DNA of 64,000 bases from a virus. Taxonomy: Duplodnaviria; Caudoviricetes. The DNA lies in IMG/VR virus record IMGVR_UViG_3300031965_000015, positions 6,530 to 70,529 of that record. The stretch is one strand, 5' to 3'. Position numbers and translations under genes: made by a program. The first letter of the stretch is position 1; every line of letters begins with the position of its first letter. The notes below the pieces were generated by a model, which made no database searches, was not told the DNA's origin, and saw only the letters and a list, made by a program, of their open reading frames with translations. Below, in pieces: positions 9,953 to 18,264 of the stretch.

Positions 9953-10395
9953 CCATCCTTATTCCTGATCTTTGCAAGAAGCTCGTCTATGCCTTCGAAT
10001 GAATGTTCCTGCCTGTCTCTCCATTGTTCCGGTTTCCTGTTCTTTAACCAGAATATCATGCTTGTCGGGTCCGGTGGATATACTTTTATAATATCTGTTT
10101 CTTTTATACTTCCCTGATAGTTTGTAATGTGAACGTCTGGGTGTGAATATCCTGTGGCTCTTTCGAATAATGATCTTTCTACTTTTTCATCTGCAAATTC
10201 CTTCCATCCTTTTATGGAGTCGGAAAAATCTGGGTGTTTTTTCTTCCATTCATATATTGTGTCCTTATTAATTCCAAGTATCCCCGCTACTTGTTGGTCC
10301 GTTAATCCATTTTCATATAGCTTTTTTACGAGTTCAATATCTATCGAATCGAATTTGGTTGGTCTTCCTACCTTTTTATCTTCCTTATTTTCCAT
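9949..10395 (-). CDS. terS: Terminase small subunit
   Basis: GRPTKF plus HTH, VERSLFERATGY, FWLKNRKPEQWRD; directly upstream of terL. Confidence 0.88.
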   Translation of the reverse strand: MENKEDKKVGRPTKFDSIDIELVKKLYENGLTDQQVAGILGINKDTIYEWKKKHPDFSDSIKGWKEFADEKVERSLFERATGYSHPDVHITNYQGSIKETDIIKVYPPDPTSMIFWLKNRKPEQWRDRQEHSFEGIDELLAKIRNKDG

Positions 10396-10457
10396 CTTGG
10401 TTGTGAAAATAAGTGTTAGTTAGGTACTAAAACAGTGAAAAGATTTTCATATAAAAT

Positions 10458-10495
10458 AAAAAGCCGGGTTGATGTTATCTCTCCGGCTTTTTTTT
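10458..10495 (-). terminator. Intrinsic terminator hairpin (potentially bidirectional)
   Basis: AAAAAGCCGG-15 nt-CCGGCTTTTT, flanked by A and T tracts. Confidence 0.75.
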
Positions 10496-10539
10496 CTTTG
10501 GGTTTTTGTTGTTTGACTTATAGTAAATCTATAAGGGAG

Positions 10540-10704
10540 TTAAGAAAAATGTTTTTTCTTGTTTCTTTTGTAAGATTTTCTCCACTCCTTTTCAGAGGGG
10601 TTTTTGTATTTTGCGATATAGTTGCTCATAATATCTACAAAGGTTTCATAATCCCAGATACACGTACCTTCAGGCAATTTTGGTTTTGATACTTTCCTTT
10701 TCAT
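10540..10704 (-). CDS. Small basic hypothetical protein (54 aa, not in ORF track)
   Basis: Manual translation MKRKVSKPKLPEGTCIWDY...KKHFS*; upstream AGAGG. Confidence 0.5.
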   Translation of the reverse strand: MKRKVSKPKLPEGTCIWDYETFVDIMSNYIAKYKNPSEKEWRKSYKRNKKKHFS

Positions 10705-10781
10705 AACGAATAAAAACCTCTTATTAGTTTAAGAATGTTAAAGTTAGTTTTTAAAAGTGTTTGTAAAATAATTTCATTGAT

Positions 10782-10979
10782 TTACCATTTTTTTTCTTTT
10801 AGAACAACGGATTTTGAATTTGTTTCATTAGTGATTAATTGGAGCACCATCCCTTTCTTATCGTGTTCGTTAAGGCGATTAATAGAATTTACTGCGTTGT
10901 TAAAATCTTTTAACGCTTTTACTTTAGAAGTGAATTGATGCAATTCGTTGCCGTCTGTCACTGAATAAGTGGTTTTCAT
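10782..10979 (-). CDS. Hypothetical protein
   Basis: ORF track; RBS AAGGAG. Confidence 0.6.
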   Translation of the reverse strand: MKTTYSVTDGNELHQFTSKVKALKDFNNAVNSINRLNEHDKKGMVLQLITNETNSKSVVLKEKKW

Positions 10980-11009
10980 TTAGAACTCCTTTAATTTAGT
11001 TTAAGAATG

Positions 11010-11261
11010 TTATTTTAAGTCTGTTCTCTTCCCTGGCTGTGGTTTCCAATCTCTGGCTTTCTTGTTCATCTTTATGAGTTTTACTCTGCCTCCATATAAT
11101 AGGACCGTATCTAAGTTTTTATTCCTGATCTGGAACCTTACTGTTGGTTCTGATACTTTCTTTAGCTTGGCGTATTCTGATATTGTTAGACCTTTCATTT
11201 CAGCCCCATCCTTTTGAGTGCTTTGAATATTTCTATTTTCATTGTCAGCCCAACCTTCCAA
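11010..11261 (-). CDS. Excisionase/MerR-like HTH protein
   Basis: LTISEYAKLKKVSEPTVRFQI; start may be MKGLT at 11198. Confidence 0.7.
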   Translation of the reverse strand: MEGWADNENRNIQSTQKDGAEMKGLTISEYAKLKKVSEPTVRFQIRNKNLDTVLLYGGRVKLIKMNKKARDWKPQPGKRTDLK

Positions 11262-11507
11262 TTCCAGAGAATATCATAATTGCCATTCATAAATAAAGCT
11301 AATGGTAATGTTTGCCCCCTCATCGCCATTTTGATAAATCCCCTAACCTGTTTTGTTGCGGGTGGTATTTTCATTGTTTTATCCTTTCTGCTAATACCAA
11401 CTCTTTCCCTTTACCGTTGAATTCTCCGCATTCACGTTTGACTTGAATGTCATTGTTTTAATTGATTCCATTTTAGAACTCCTTTAATTTATTTTTGTTG
11501 CCTTTGC

Positions 11508-11536
11508 AATATACAACCTCTTTTGCCCTTTGTCAA
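11508..11536 (-). promoter_or_regulatory. Sigma70-type promoter
   Basis: TTGACA-17 nt-TATATT on the minus strand. Confidence 0.7.
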
Positions 11537-11554
11537 GAGGTTACTAAAATATAT

Positions 11555-11840
11555 TTTCATAGCAGTTCTTTATTATTTTCGATAGTTTCATATTCTTTCA
11601 ATCCTTCATTGGCACATTCGAGAAGTGATTTAATGGATTTCTGGTTTAGATTCCCTTGCTCAATAGTGATTTTAATTTCTTTCAAAACAGCTTGGATTTT
11701 TTCTGCTCCAGTCACCCCGAACCCTTTACACCTATTGCATTTTTTATATTGCCCCATATTTATTTTTGGTCTATCCCAGTCAATGTCAACATAAATATAT
11801 CCTTGCCCATTACATTTCTTACATTTCATAGCAGTTCTTT
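11555..11840. repeat. 17-bp direct repeat TTTCATAGCAGTTCTTT at 11555-11571 and 11824-11840
   Basis: Exact match; both copies encode KELL* overlapping the next ATG. Confidence 0.9.
11557..11829 (-). CDS. DnaJ-type zinc-finger protein
   Basis: CKKCNGQG and CNRCKGFG (CxxCxGxG twice). Confidence 0.7.
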   Translation of the reverse strand: MKCKKCNGQGYIYVDIDWDRPKINMGQYKKCNRCKGFGVTGAEKIQAVLKEIKITIEQGNLNQKSIKSLLECANEGLKEYETIENNKELL

Positions 11841-12125
11841 GATTAGAGGTTCTCTCATCTTTGCAATGTATCTTCCGTTTGATATTACATCGTATAATGT
11901 TTCTTCTGTTATGTAATGACCTGTGTTTAACTTTCTCTGCATCTCGTTAAAATTAGTTACTATGTCTTCTCTTATTTTGTATTTTTTCATTGCCGGGTTT
12001 TCTTTTACTCTCTTTCTGTACTCCCGGATTAAGTATATATCACGTAACCTGATCTCATTTATTAATCCGAGTTGTCTGAACTTCTCGAGATCTTTTTCTG
12101 TTATGGTGATTCTTTCATCACCCAT
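11826..12125 (-). CDS. Hypothetical protein (possible regulator)
   Basis: ORF track. Confidence 0.55.
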   Translation of the reverse strand: MGDERITITEKDLEKFRQLGLINEIRLRDIYLIREYRKRVKENPAMKKYKIREDIVTNFNEMQRKLNTGHYITEETLYDVISNGRYIAKMREPLIKELL

Positions 12126-12779
12126 TTAAAGTTTGATCCCTAATCTTTTTATTTCCTGTTTGGTTTTATCCATAAATCTCTCTTTCAGCTTTGTCATTTC
12201 AAGAATATTAAAGCCACGAGTTTCGTTCTTCCTGTTTTCAAGTAATTCAAATTCTTCTTTACCAATTTTCTTAACAAGGTTTATTTTATACAGCGCGAGG
12301 TTGCCGGATAAATACCTGTTGCAGTTATAGCAACTTAAATTTACGTTTGATTCATCGAACTCTACTGATGCGAACCTATCAGCAAGAAAATAGTGAGATG
12401 CACACCATAACTCAGGGTTCTTTATTGTTCCGTCATTCCAAAATTCTACTACCCATATTTTGTTACAAGCGATACATCTTCCTTTTATCTTGCCGTCAAC
12501 ATCAACAAATAAATCTCTGGCTTTAATATAAATGTGGAACCATTTCCTAAGATTGTTGTATGCTTTTCTTTTAGCTGAATCATCATTGAGTTTTTTATAT
12601 TCATCTGCCGTTATAACATCTGATGATATTTGATTTTTCTTTTTGTTGAGAGACTTAAAGTAATTTTCTTTTTTCTTCTGTTGAGAAGTTTTTCTTTTTT
12701 CTGCTTTTCGTTCCTGTTGCCTGAGTTGTTCTCTTAGAATTGAATTTTCAATATTCATTTGATAAATTGTTTTATCCAT
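12126..12779 (-). CDS. ninG: NinG/Rap-like recombination endonuclease
   Basis: YIKARD...CIAC...ASHY...FDESNVNLSCYNCNRYLSGNLALYKINLVKKIG. Confidence 0.85.
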   Translation of the reverse strand: MDKTIYQMNIENSILREQLRQQERKAEKRKTSQQKKKENYFKSLNKKKNQISSDVITADEYKKLNDDSAKRKAYNNLRKWFHIYIKARDLFVDVDGKIKGRCIACNKIWVVEFWNDGTIKNPELWCASHYFLADRFASVEFDESNVNLSCYNCNRYLSGNLALYKINLVKKIGKEEFELLENRKNETRGFNILEMTKLKERFMDKTKQEIKRLGIKL

Positions 12780-13231
12780 CGTTGTTTTTCTCCATCTGGG
12801 TATTTTTTTATTGTACCAAATAAATCTTCTTTAAAATTTTGCCTCCCTCTGTTTTTTGATTTTGAGAGCGTTTCCCCTTCACAATCAGCTTCAAAAACCC
12901 ATCCCGATGCTTTTAATGATATACCGGTTTCTGTTTTTAGAATATATGTCTGAACCGCTTCATATCCCAGTATATTAACTATCTTCGCACAAGCTGACAA
13001 TAGTTTCGACACAACATTCTTTTCCCCAAGACTGCATAGTCTGCTTACCTCTAATCGCTTGCTGTTGTATTCTCTTGCAATTGGATTCCCTACAATAGCA
13101 ATCCCCACAAGCTCATCATTTCTATAACAACCCAAAGAAAATCTATGTTGTACTACCTTCTTATGGTGCCGATGATTTTTCTCTACGAACAAATTGGCTT
13201 GTCTTAATTCTATTTGTTTTACTCTTAACAT
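12755..13231 (-). CDS. XF1762-like protein (GNAT/Mom-related fold suspected)
   Basis: ANLFVEKNHRHH, GIAIVGNPIAR, LEVSRLC, TYILKTETGISLKASGW. Confidence 0.7.
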   Translation of the reverse strand: MLRVKQIELRQANLFVEKNHRHHKKVVQHRFSLGCYRNDELVGIAIVGNPIAREYNSKRLEVSRLCSLGEKNVVSKLLSACAKIVNILGYEAVQTYILKTETGISLKASGWVFEADCEGETLSKSKNRGRQNFKEDLFGTIKKYPDGEKQRWIKQFIK

Positions 13232-13253
13232 TTCCCGTTACGGCTCTTTCTTA

Positions 13254-13403
13254 TCAGTCGCTATTTTTACTATAAAACAACCACCAAAATATTAACCCCG
13301 TTTGTGCCATGTGGTAAGCCCAATCTGGGTTAAATAAAAAAAATATTGCTGCTAATACCCAATTTGTTATTGCTACTATCATAAGTTTTTTGCTGTTAAA
13401 CAT
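13254..13403 (-). CDS. Small membrane protein (49 aa, not in ORF track)
   Basis: Manual translation MFNSKKLMIVAITNWVLAAIFFLF... Confidence 0.5.
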   Translation of the reverse strand: MFNSKKLMIVAITNWVLAAIFFLFNPDWAYHMAQTGLIFWWLFYSKNSD

Positions 13404-13414
13404 TTTCGCTCCTT

Positions 13415-13885
13415 CTAAAATCTTTCTTCTGGTTTTACATATTTAAGTTTAAGTAGTTTGAATAAATCTTCTTCCTCTTTACAAAGATATTTTTTGCCGT
13501 CTTTAGTCAAGATACCGCCCTCACTTTTATATCCTTGCTTTACCCATTCCTGTGCTACCTTGTGTGAGAAATTCCGACTTCCGGTTCTTATTAAAAATAT
13601 ATTTCCCCAATTATTCTCATCAGCAAAAAATAAATCCAACTTGAATCCTTCCGGCAATATCCTCTGGGTATATTTACCGGATGGTTCACCCTTTACTTTC
13701 TCCCATTGGTTTACTAAATCCATTAACCCAAATAATTTACTTGTATCTCTGATCACAACAAGTTCCAGATCATTAACAAACTGAGAATTTCTCCTTATGC
13801 TGCCTGCAATTTCTATTCTCTTACAGAAAGGTTTTAACGCTTCTCTGTATTTTTCTGCAATTATTTTGGCTTGTTCAAGTTTCAT
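13415..13885 (-). CDS. Minimal X-family DNA polymerase (Pol beta-like catalytic and thumb domains only)
   Basis: IAGSIRR...NDLELVV, KLDLF, RTGSRNFS, KEEEDLFKLLKLKYVKPEER. Confidence 0.85.
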   Translation of the reverse strand: MKLEQAKIIAEKYREALKPFCKRIEIAGSIRRNSQFVNDLELVVIRDTSKLFGLMDLVNQWEKVKGEPSGKYTQRILPEGFKLDLFFADENNWGNIFLIRTGSRNFSHKVAQEWVKQGYKSEGGILTKDGKKYLCKEEEDLFKLLKLKYVKPEERF

Positions 13886-14051
13886 TCTTCTTCAAATAAT
13901 TTTTCACTCATTTTTTTCTTCTTGGTTTATTTATTTTTATCCAAAGTTGTTCAAGTACATATTTATAAGGTTCTTTGTTTGTATCTCCTTTCATTATGTC
14001 CTGGATTATTAAGATACAGAGTTCAATCTCTTGGGTTTTTGTCATTTTAAT

Positions 14052-14148
14052 AGCAGACAATGGGTAGGGTTGCAGTCCCTATACACCATCAGCATTATAA
14101 GTGCTGATGTTGTGAATAGCGGGTTCACTCTGTAAACCCATTGCTGCT
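14052..14148 (-). ncRNA. tRNA-like four-way-junction structured RNA (not a canonical tRNA)
   Basis: Closing stem CAAUGGGU/ACCCAUUG; three internal hairpins, each with a 7-nt loop; intergenic. Confidence 0.6.
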
Positions 14149-14154
14149 TAATTC

Positions 14155-14337
14155 TCATCCTTGTTTTTTCTCCTCAATAGCTTGCTTTAGATATAAACAT
14201 AAATCCAGAGCTTCTTCATAGGCATCTTGCAACGGGTTCCTGCCATTATTTATTCTTAATCTTTCACCATAGATTTTTATACCTTGTTCAATTCTTTTTT
14301 CAATATCAACCTTTACGAGTTCGGCTATATCTTTCAT
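14155..14337 (-). CDS. Small all-alpha NTP pyrophosphatase-like (MazG-like) protein
   Basis: GIKIYG...LQDAYEEALDLCLYL (EExxD metal motif). Confidence 0.55.
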   Translation of the reverse strand: MKDIAELVKVDIEKRIEQGIKIYGERLRINNGRNPLQDAYEEALDLCLYLKQAIEEKKQG

Positions 14338-14347
14338 TTACACACTC

Positions 14348-14548
14348 CTAAATAATTATAAAATTTTTGTTTAAATAATATTCCGTAACAAAGTGTTCAC
14401 TACCTTCTTCGTCGGTTACCTTATATAAACTTTCTTTTTTATTCCAAACAAATTCATATGTCTTGCCCTTAAGGAAAAACACTCTCTTAATAACAAGATC
14501 ATCCCAATATATATCAGATTTACATTCTGCTTTTATTTTTCTTTTCAA
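14348..14548 (-). CDS. Hypothetical protein
   Basis: ORF track. Confidence 0.55.
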   Translation of the reverse strand: MKRKIKAECKSDIYWDDLVIKRVFFLKGKTYEFVWNKKESLYKVTDEEGSEHFVTEYYLNKNFIII

Positions 14549-14557
14549 TTGAGTTAG

Positions 14558-14782
14558 TTATTTATTCCATTTACGGTTAGGATCGGCCATCCACATCTCC
14601 CAAGCCAACTTGACTATCTCTTTATGAGTAGTACCGCTATCACATACCTCATATGCCCTGATACCATAATAAGCCCCAATATTAAATGCAGTTTCTATCA
14701 TTTCATCATGTATTGTTCTTGTGTTATTACAAGAGGGTGCTATAAATAAAAAGATAGTTAGTACCATACATATAAATTTCAT
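14558..14782 (-). CDS. Putative lipoprotein
   Basis: Hydrophobic N-terminus ending IAPSC. Confidence 0.5.
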   Translation of the reverse strand: MKFICMVLTIFLFIAPSCNNTRTIHDEMIETAFNIGAYYGIRAYEVCDSGTTHKEIVKLAWEMWMADPNRKWNK

Positions 14783-15294
14783 TCCTTCACTCCTTTTAAT
14801 TCTGATATTTTTACATTAAGTCTATATTTTCTGTATTCGGGATAAAAAACTTTATAAAGGTATCTTGTATAAAATTTGTCAATAATATCTTTATAAATTT
14901 TCTCACTTACTTTTTCTCTGTGTAACCATTTGGCATTTTTAACTAACATCACATCATCATCATCAACTTCAACAAGTCCAGCATATTCAGGAATTGTTGA
15001 GACGTCTACCAAGTTCTTTGGCGTAACAAAAAAAAATTTATTGGTTCTATGACCACGAGCAATTTTATCGTGCTTAGTTTCGCCATTACCCCATCTATAT
15101 TTTTTCTGGAAATCTTTCTTGAAGTCGGCTACGCTTATTTTAATCTCGTATTCAGTTAAAAAATTGTTCTTAGATAAAACCAAAACATCGCATTCCCAAT
15201 TGCTACGCAAATAATAATTTGTAATCGCATACCCTGTTGATCGGTCAATAATCCATTTCAAAAAGTTTATTCTTATTTTGTCCGCATCTCTCAT
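14779..15294 (-). CDS. PD-(D/E)XK nuclease-like protein (MmcB-like)
   Basis: ECDVLVL...EYEIKISVADFKKD, NKFFFVTP...IPEYAGLV. Confidence 0.75.
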   Translation of the reverse strand: MRDADKIRINFLKWIIDRSTGYAITNYYLRSNWECDVLVLSKNNFLTEYEIKISVADFKKDFQKKYRWGNGETKHDKIARGHRTNKFFFVTPKNLVDVSTIPEYAGLVEVDDDDVMLVKNAKWLHREKVSEKIYKDIIDKFYTRYLYKVFYPEYRKYRLNVKISELKGVKE

Positions 15295-15355
15295 TTACGC
15301 ATCCCCAACTTAGAATACCACATTGCACCCCAACGTATAACAGAGTTTTTATATT

Positions 15356-15556
15356 TCATTCGCCCTCTAAATCTTTTTTTAAATCCTCAACTGTTTTATA
15401 TGTTTTCTTTGGCTGAAATCTACTGCCCCTCCCTTCTGGTAAATAATAAAATTCACCACCACCATACATTTCTATTATCTCTCCAGTTTTCCTTCTCCCC
15501 AAATAAACACCAACGTTCCCATTTCTTAATTTTTTGTATCTAATTCCAATATCCAT
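15356..15556 (-). CDS. Hypothetical protein
   Basis: ORF track. Confidence 0.55.
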   Translation of the reverse strand: MDIGIRYKKLRNGNVGVYLGRRKTGEIIEMYGGGEFYYLPEGRGSRFQPKKTYKTVEDLKKDLEGE

Positions 15557-15658
15557 TTCTCTTTTCTCCTTGAGTAGTTATTATATGTTAATTATCATCT
15601 TCCTGATTCCGGCAATATGATGTAGTTATATGTTTATTTTATTAACTATTTCCTTGAA

Positions 15659-15862
15659 TCATATATTTATCAAATCAGAAAAATCTTCTAAGTTCCAAAG
15701 TTTGTTATAGTAATCATCGTGTCCTTGAGTAAATATTTTTTCTTCTTTAATGAGCCTGTCAAGAATTTTTATTCTCTCAACAGGATTTAAAGATTCAATT
15801 CTTTTTTGTTTACTGCTAAGGTGCTCTCTGTATTTTTCTCTGGCGATTTCATTTGCCGACAT
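15659..15862 (-). CDS. Hypothetical protein
   Basis: ORF track. Confidence 0.55.
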   Translation of the reverse strand: MSANEIAREKYREHLSSKQKRIESLNPVERIKILDRLIKEEKIFTQGHDDYYNKLWNLEDFSDLINI

Positions 15863-16652
15863 TAAATCTTGCCTCCCAAAATATCTTGTCTTTTTTACTA
15901 TTATTTTCTGCCGCCCAAAGAGGCTGCAAATTTGTATATAGGCACAATCCTCTTAATGTTTTTTCATCTTTAGCAGAAGCAAGTGGCATTATATGATCTA
16001 TCTGCCACTTGCCATAATTGCTCCAAGACATTCCTTTTTTAAATTGTTGTTCAATATGTACTTTAATGGAAACGTAGCTTCCCCCTAATAATTTTTCCGT
16101 AGAGGTTGGTTTCTTTTGTCCTATTTTTCTGAATATTTCATTTGTTCTTGATTTTAAACTATCCTTTAATCTGAATATTAAATCAGTTCGCCTTCTTTCT
16201 CTTATCTGTCGGTTTCTTCTTTGTTTGCTAGAGTTATGATATACTTTTATTTTTTCTTTATTTCTTAGGACATATATTTTTTTCTTGACAGAAAGGATTT
16301 CTTTATTTTTTAAATAATATCTTCTTTTATTAGCAAGAACCTTTTCTCTATTCTCTTTATAATAAAGCTCATCTCTTTTCTTAATTCTTTCAGGATTATA
16401 ATTTGCTTTCTTTCTTTCCTTGATTACATCTAAATTATTCAAATAATAAGTCTTTTTCATTTTTGAAATTTTATCTTTATTCAATACCCTATAAGTTTTT
16501 TGATATCCGATAAGTTCTTTAGAGTGTTCTAAATAATACTTTTTCCTATACTCTTTAGCTTTGTTGGAATCTTTATAAGGCATTATCATCCACCTTAAAC
16601 TTCTTTTCCCATATCTTTTTTCGTTCCGAAGCGTAACTTTCTCTGGCTTCAT
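15849..16652 (-). CDS. HNH-type endonuclease with K/Y-rich repeat region (likely start MPYKD at 16583)
   Basis: MSWSNYGKWQIDHIMPL...YTNLQPLWAAENNSKKDK. Confidence 0.8.
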   Translation of the reverse strand: MKPEKVTLRNEKRYGKRSLRWMIMPYKDSNKAKEYRKKYYLEHSKELIGYQKTYRVLNKDKISKMKKTYYLNNLDVIKERKKANYNPERIKKRDELYYKENREKVLANKRRYYLKNKEILSVKKKIYVLRNKEKIKVYHNSSKQRRNRQIRERRRTDLIFRLKDSLKSRTNEIFRKIGQKKPTSTEKLLGGSYVSIKVHIEQQFKKGMSWSNYGKWQIDHIMPLASAKDEKTLRGLCLYTNLQPLWAAENNSKKDKIFWEARFNVGK

Positions 16653-17184
16653 AGAACCCAGTTTTATATTTTAATTCTACTTCTTTAGCCATTGCAAGAT
16701 CAACAACTTTTTTATCTGCTTCACTTAATTCGGCTTTCTTATCTTTCAAATAATTCCCTCTCTGAATTTTAGCATCAACCGCCCTTTGTATTCCTACATT
16801 AAAATCTATTTCATTATACATCACTTCGGTGCTTAACCAGTTTTCTAAATCAATCCGGTTGTAGAGTGCAGCTCGTTTAATTGCTTCGAACTGTTTATCA
16901 AAATCTTTTTTCTTCCATCCCATCCTTAAAAATTCTCTATACCAAAATTCAACCTGTTGTAAGTTCACATCAATGCCTTTTAATGGCTTTAATGATTTAG
17001 CACATTCATAAACAAAGGTAAACTCTAAATCTGTTTGCTCGTAAAATCTTACAAGTTCAGAATCATTTACACAGTTAGGAATATTTACATCAAGTTTTTT
17101 TGGTAAAGGCTTCTGTAAGTTCTGAAGTGATTTCATCGGTGCTAACAAAGTCTTTACGGCGTTGTCTATTTGTTCCTGCTCCAT
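16573..17184 (-). CDS. Hypothetical replication-associated protein (possible helicase loader)
   Basis: Overlaps the 3' end of the replication initiator, as lambda P does with O. Confidence 0.5.
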   Translation of the reverse strand: MEQEQIDNAVKTLLAPMKSLQNLQKPLPKKLDVNIPNCVNDSELVRFYEQTDLEFTFVYECAKSLKPLKGIDVNLQQVEFWYREFLRMGWKKKDFDKQFEAIKRAALYNRIDLENWLSTEVMYNEIDFNVGIQRAVDAKIQRGNYLKDKKAELSEADKKVVDLAMAKEVELKYKTGFYEARESYASERKKIWEKKFKVDDNAL

Positions 17185-17893
17185 TATAATTTAAACCCTT
17201 CCAATTATTAGTAATAGCCTTTAGAATTATTTCAGGTTCATTGTTTTTAGATTCCATAAAAGCAAGTTGTTCTTTAGCCCCCATAGGTGTTATTCTTGTT
17301 TCTCTCTCATCATTAAATAAAATCCATTTTGACCAAGCTTTAAGAAACTTTTCATTTTCCATTTGTTTGGATGTCATTAGTTGAGAATAAGAACTTATAC
17401 AATCTTCAGGATAATCTTCAGATTCATTTCCAATTACATCTTCATTTCCAATTACATGATTTGCTTGGGTTTTTGCTATAGCAAAATCAGTAGCAAAATC
17501 CTTATCTTTTTTATTTTTTTTTATTCCTCCCTTACTACCTGCCTTAGCTCGTAACTCACTTATTTTATTATCCTTTACCATCCTTTTCTGGCAGAGATAA
17601 TCACCTTCGATATAGATAACTTCCTCAGTTAATAGTTCAGACAGTCCAGCTTCAATCTCTGTTGTTGTAAATGGCAAATATCTATCAAGCTTTAAAGCAA
17701 AATTTATAATTTGCTTGGAGTTTTGCTTGTCTTTTTGCTTTAGCAAAATCTTACCATAGGTTTGGGATTTGTGCATTACACACATAAGTTTTATATAAAC
17801 ACCATGAGCAAGTGCAGAACATTCATTTAATTTTTCATCAGTTAAAAAATCATCCACGAACAAGGGTAAGTAAGGTTGGTTTCTTAATGCCAT
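17090..17893 (-). CDS. Phage replication initiator (YdaU/DUF1376-like)
   Basis: PYLPLFVDDFLTD...AHGVYIKLMC, QKRMVKD, AGSKGG; C-terminal AITNNWKGL. Confidence 0.75.
   Translation of the reverse strand: MALRNQPYLPLFVDDFLTDEKLNECSALAHGVYIKLMCVMHKSQTYGKILLKQKDKQNSKQIINFALKLDRYLPFTTTEIEAGLSELLTEEVIYIEGDYLCQKRMVKDNKISELRAKAGSKGGIKKNKKDKDFATDFAIAKTQANHVIGNEDVIGNESEDYPEDCISSYSQLMTSKQMENEKFLKAWSKWILFNDERETRITPMGAKEQLAFMESKNNEPEIILKAITNNWKGLNYNGAGTNRQRRKDFVSTDEITSELTEAFTKKT
17400..17500. repeat. Iteron-like repeats / putative replication origin inside the initiator gene
   Basis: TTCATTTCCAATTACAT twice (17423, 17441); perfect palindrome TTTTGCTATAGCAAAA (17471-17486); TAGCAAAATC at 17479, 17491 and 17741. 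Confidence 0.55.
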
Positions 17894-18123
17894 CAGGTAG
17901 GTTCTCCAACAAAAATGCCCCGCAGAACAAGTGCTTGTAAACCAGAACCACGTATTAGGTGAGAACTGATTTTCTCATTCTTTGGGGCTTTATTTAGGGT
18001 TGTTAATTTATACATAGTCTGATTTACAAGCAAAGTGAATATAACGAATTGTATCCCATTTTTGCAACCTAATTCTTTCCAAAACATACATTTAACAATA
18101 TTCTTTCTCATTCTACATTTAAC

Positions 18124-18264
18124 TCATATAGCTAATTTTAATTGTGATCTGAACTGAGTTAATCTTTTGTTGGCAGCTTTGAAATAATCTTTGTCAATCT
18201 CGTAAGCCACGTAACTGAACCCCATATCCTCACAGGCGATTAAAGATGAAGCTAACCTTTGCAT
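18124..18264 (-). pseudogene. Orphan C-terminal fragment of a DNA methyltransferase
   Basis: Manual translation MQRLASSLIACEDMGFSYVAYEIDKDYFKAANKRL...; parallels SSRIACWDMGFDFTGYEIDEDYYCASEKRF of 18845..19519. Confidence 0.8.

Noticed and set aside
14052-14148. Functional tRNA-Ile(UAU)
   Set aside because: It lacks the D-loop GG, the T-loop TTC and a CCA end, and the stem lengths are non-canonical. Kept only as a tRNA-like structure.
17893-18111. 72-aa minus-strand ORF before the replication initiator
   Set aside because: No recognisable motif and atypical composition. The region has weak hairpins (GTTCTC/GAGAAC) and may be regulatory, so it is not supported as a CDS or ncRNA.
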